NCBI GenBank assembly: GCA_963803925.1
Contig: CAWDOM010000005.1
Span: 134,295 to 198,294 of the forward strand
Source: an uncultured Actinomycetota bacterium
GTDB lineage: Bacteria; Actinomycetota; Thermoleophilia; RBG-16-64-13
Direction: 5' to 3'
DNA: 64,000 bases
The position numbers and the translations under genes were made by a program. Positions 60,588 through 64,000 of the stretch are shown here, in pieces; position 1 is the first letter of the stretch, and the number at the start of each line of letters is the position of its first letter. Below the pieces are notes generated by a model. It did not search any database. It was not told the DNA's origin and worked only from the letters and a program-made list of their open reading frames with translations.

Positions 60588-60630
60588 GACATCCTTTCTC
60601 TCAGTGACAGTGCCGGGCAACCGCGACCGG

Positions 60631-61533
60631 CTAAGACAGCAGCGGGCGCGAAAGCGGGAAGTGCAGGTTGACGGCCCCGAACATGGGGCCAAGTTGGCGG
60701 CTCATCTCAGCCGACACGGCGACCATGCGGCGGCCCAACTGCTGGGCGCGCTCTTCGGAGAAGGTCCCGACCGCCACGAGGAAGGCGATGGCACGCTGGC
60801 CACTCGGCGTATCGGTGGCGCTCACGAATATGGCTGTGCTCACCGCGTTGAGTCCCGACCAGGTGGTGCCGAGGTTCATGCCGTATCCAAGTCGCCTGGC
60901 CTCCTCGACCTGCACCCGCAAGAGGTCTCGGTCGATTCCCTCCCGATCGGTCTCGCCGGCCTGGATGATAGAGCTGCTCGATAGGCGCCTTTCGAACTCC
61001 TCGGGAGACAGGGTCGCCAGAAACGCGCGGCCGTGCGCGCCCCAGGTCAGCGGATACCGCTGGCCCACGTCGATGGCCACGTAGTTGCCTCCCGGCGCAT
61101 GCCGGCGGGCGACAATGAACAGTGTCTCTCCCGAGGCGATTCCCAAGTGGAAGCTACAGCCGGTCTCGGCGGCCAGATTCTCCAGGAACGGATAGACCGA
61201 TTGCGCAAGGTCGGTGTTGTTGACCAGTGCGCGGGTGAGCAGAAGGATATTGGGCCCCAGGCGGTAGTTCTTGGTGCGGTCGTTGCGCGTCACCAGCCCC
61301 GCGTTACGGAGCGTGTTGAGAATAGCCAGGCCCTTGCTCTTGCTGATGCCCACCTCTTTGGAGAGCTCAGTGAGTGAGGCCTCGCCCCCCACGATGTTCG
61401 CGAGCCCGAAGAGAAGCCGGATCGACTGATCGACGGCGGGGACGAGTTGAAGGTACGACCCCTTGCCGGCGTCGTCGGCGGGATCGCCTGTTTCGAGTTC
61501 ACTAGGCGGTATCGAGTTCAGCATAGCGTCCAT
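60631..61533 (-). CDS. IclR family transcriptional regulator
   Basis: HTH (LTELSKEVGISKSKGLAILNTLRNAGLV) plus an effector domain. Start taken at the MDAMLNS Met. Upstream in the same frame lies the ferredoxin tail of the neighbouring gene, hence the long ORF in the track. Confidence 0.65.
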   Translation of the reverse strand: MDAMLNSIPPSELETGDPADDAGKGSYLQLVPAVDQSIRLLFGLANIVGGEASLTELSKEVGISKSKGLAILNTLRNAGLVTRNDRTKNYRLGPNILLLTRALVNNTDLAQSVYPFLENLAAETGCSFHLGIASGETLFIVARRHAPGGNYVAIDVGQRYPLTWGAHGRAFLATLSPEEFERRLSSSSIIQAGETDREGIDRDLLRVQVEEARRLGYGMNLGTTWSGLNAVSTAIFVSATDTPSGQRAIAFLVAVGTFSEERAQQLGRRMVAVSAEMSRQLGPMFGAVNLHFPLSRPLLS

Positions 61534-61534
61534 C

Positions 61535-62988
61535 CTATGCGGTTGGCTGGCGTCTGTCAAGCTGGTCTTGCGTTCCAATTTTGTCCCCCTGGCACCTGTT
61601 CGCGTTACTAGGCTGAGCGCTTCCGACCGGCACGCGATGGTGCAGGCGCCACAGCCGAGACACTTCTCTTCGTTCACCCGCACCTTGCCTTTCTCGAGCG
61701 CGATGGCGATACACATGTTGTTCCAACACTGCCCGCAACGAGTGCATTTCTCCGGGTCGAGAACGGCGAAAGCCGGCTGCGCGGCGATATCGAACTCGTC
61801 GGAGTAGGCGATGTAGGGCTGTCCGAGCCCGATCAACTCGTGCGCGCCCGAATAGCCCTGTCGTGCAAGAAAGGCTTCGCAAGAATGCGTTGCTGCGCGA
61901 CAGCAAGGTAGTTCCCTGCTCCATGACACCGGCACAGAGTTGCGTCACGGTCGCTCCCAGCATCATGGCTTCGATGCAGTGCTCGGGTGTCACCAGGCCA
62001 CCGGAGGCAGCGATGTCGATTCCCGGGACGAACCTCGCCACCGCCGCAACGTCCCGGTAGCAGACCCTCCGCATCCACGACCCCGAGGTGAGACAGAAGG
62101 GGTTGGCGCCGGCCAGCGGCCACTGCGGCTTGCCCCGGTTGTAGATGTCGGGCGGGGCGATGCCCACCGCGGCGCCCCCCACATGGATGTACTTCGCCCC
62201 CGCGTCGCGTACCCTCCGGGCGTGGCCCACGATGCGGGGAAACCCCACCTCGGCCGTGAACTTCACTCCCACCGGTATGCCTACCGCGCGCACGACCGCG
62301 CCGACGATACGTCTCTACCAGGTCGGGGTGCTCCGCCATCAAGCCCGCCCTGGGAGTACGGGGGAAACCGCCCCTCGAGCCCGGCCGTCAGCCCATGCCG
62401 CATGCCCGCCTGCAGCGGGCAGTGGAAGTTCAACTCGACGAGGTCGACACCCATTTCTTCGCTCTTTCGCGCCGCGTCGACGTAGGCGTCGGGCAGCCCT
62501 CCGCATCCGATCACCCCTCCGACGATGGGCACGCCCTCAGGCATCTCGCGCTTGAGGTCTTCGATCAGCCTGGCCTGGGCCCGCGCGAGCGCCGCCTCGC
62601 CCTCTACCGACGGCGTGGCTGGGCCCGGCGAGACGGCCGAGTAGAGCCCCTCCAGCCCGTAGGGCGAGGCTCCCGTCACCGCCTTCATGGTCCGCACTCC
62701 CCAGGCGCCACGAGGGCGAGCGGTGCCCGCCGGCGCCTCCTCAATGAGCCGCCGCAGGGTTTCTTCTGTCAGATACGAGACGTTCAGGTAGAGACAGTTC
62801 GAGCCGGCGCGGACGATCCGCCGCAGAAAACGCAGCCGCACCTCGTGCTCGAGCGCCTCGTCGGGCTCGCGATCGCCGAAGTGGCTGCCGCCGCCGATGG
62901 GCGCAAGCCCGATGGGTGACCTGTGCCGCACCCCCGCGAGGGTGACATCGAGGCTGGGCACGCCCCGAGAGCCGGCGCTAGCTGCCAT
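61535..62988 (-). pseudogene. PreA / dihydroorotate-dehydrogenase-family flavoprotein with a C-terminal 2x[4Fe-4S] ferredoxin domain, at least 2 frameshifts
   Basis: VDLVELNFHCP (ORF 62281..62988), IAASGGL...CAGVMEQG (ORF 61535..62293), and CTRCGQC...CLGCGACTIAC in a third frame (upstream part of ORF 60631..61935). Confidence 0.5.
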
Positions 62989-63000
62989 GAGTCTCCCTCC

Positions 63001-63694
<694 letters not shown>

Positions 63695-63705
<11 letters not shown>

Positions 63706-64000
63706 TTGCGGCCGTCCCCAGGTAGGCTTGCACCACTTCAGGGTTGTTGCGGATCTCGTCGGGCGTTCCCTCGGCTATCTTCTTGCCGAAGCTGAGCACG
63801 TGGAATCCCTGGCAGATGCTCATCGCCGCTCTCATGTTGTGTTCGATGAGAAGGATCGTGAGACCGCCTTCCCACAGTTTGCGTACGAGGGCCAAGGTGT
63901 CGTCCACCTCGACGAGGTTCATGCCGGCCAGCGGCTCGTCGAGCATGAGCAGCTTGGGCTCGCACATGAGCGCGAGCGCGATTCCCAGCATGCGTTTGTG
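63695..64000 (-). CDS. LivG-like ABC transporter ATP-binding protein, C-terminal part only (gene continues past the window end)
   Basis: [12 protein letters not shown]...LIEHNM...AYLG; no start codon inside the window. Confidence 0.8.

Overview
This 64-kb window is high-GC bacterial DNA, roughly 63-67% by eye, with no rRNA, tRNA, CRISPR array, transposase or integrase that I can recognise. It is a dense accessory-type catabolic and redox island.

Organism clues: strong GGAGG-type ribosome-binding sites and lipoprotein solute-binding proteins with Thr-rich linkers suggest an anaerobe, perhaps Chloroflexota- or Actinomycetota-like. That placement is a low-confidence inference.

Gene content I can support from the sequence:
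- A decayed glycyl-radical enzyme gene.
- Five intact SDR oxidoreductases.
- Four paralogous soluble FAD flavoproteins of the fumarate-reductase / 3-ketosteroid-dehydrogenase (FAD_binding_2) family.
- Three Old-Yellow-Enzyme / 2,4-dienoyl-CoA-reductase-like FeS flavoenzymes, two of them frameshifted.
- Two paralogous pairs of 2-hydroxyacyl-CoA dehydratase / benzoyl-CoA reductase BcrBC-family (HGD-D) subunits, with no activator ATPase in the window. Each pair sits beside isochorismatase-family hydrolases.
- Two MmgE/PrpD-family genes.
- A NuoF-like FMN protein plus a GltD-like 2Fe-2S/4Fe-4S flavoprotein, co-operonic with two of the FAD flavoproteins.
- A hydantoinase / acetone-carboxylase-like HyuA-HyuB pair.
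- A tungsten-type aldehyde:ferredoxin oxidoreductase with a MoaD-like Gly-Gly protein nearby.
- An orphan glutamate-mutase E-like gene.
- A PreA-like dihydroorotate-dehydrogenase-family FeS protein next to an IclR regulator.
- Two paralogous TetR regulators, an MFS exporter, an aldo/keto reductase, and VOC, MBL and ABM proteins.
- Three Liv-type (HAAT-family) ABC transporter loci: one decayed, one intact, one partial at the window end.

The frameshifts are conspicuously clustered. Some 4-kb stretches carry 10 or more frame breaks, while 12-kb stretches carry none. That pattern points to gene decay, or to patchy assembly quality, rather than uniform sequencing error.

The most interesting candidates for a new system are two. 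First, the duplicated, translationally coupled HGD-D-pair + isochorismatase-like + SDR/OYE modules with no activase in view. Second, the operon of a NuoF-like and a GltD-like FeS flavoprotein with two fumarate-reductase-family flavoproteins.

All start and stop coordinates come from the six-frame ORF track, with internal start choices reasoned from RBS and paralog alignment. Family assignments come from motif recognition by eye, not from database searches.
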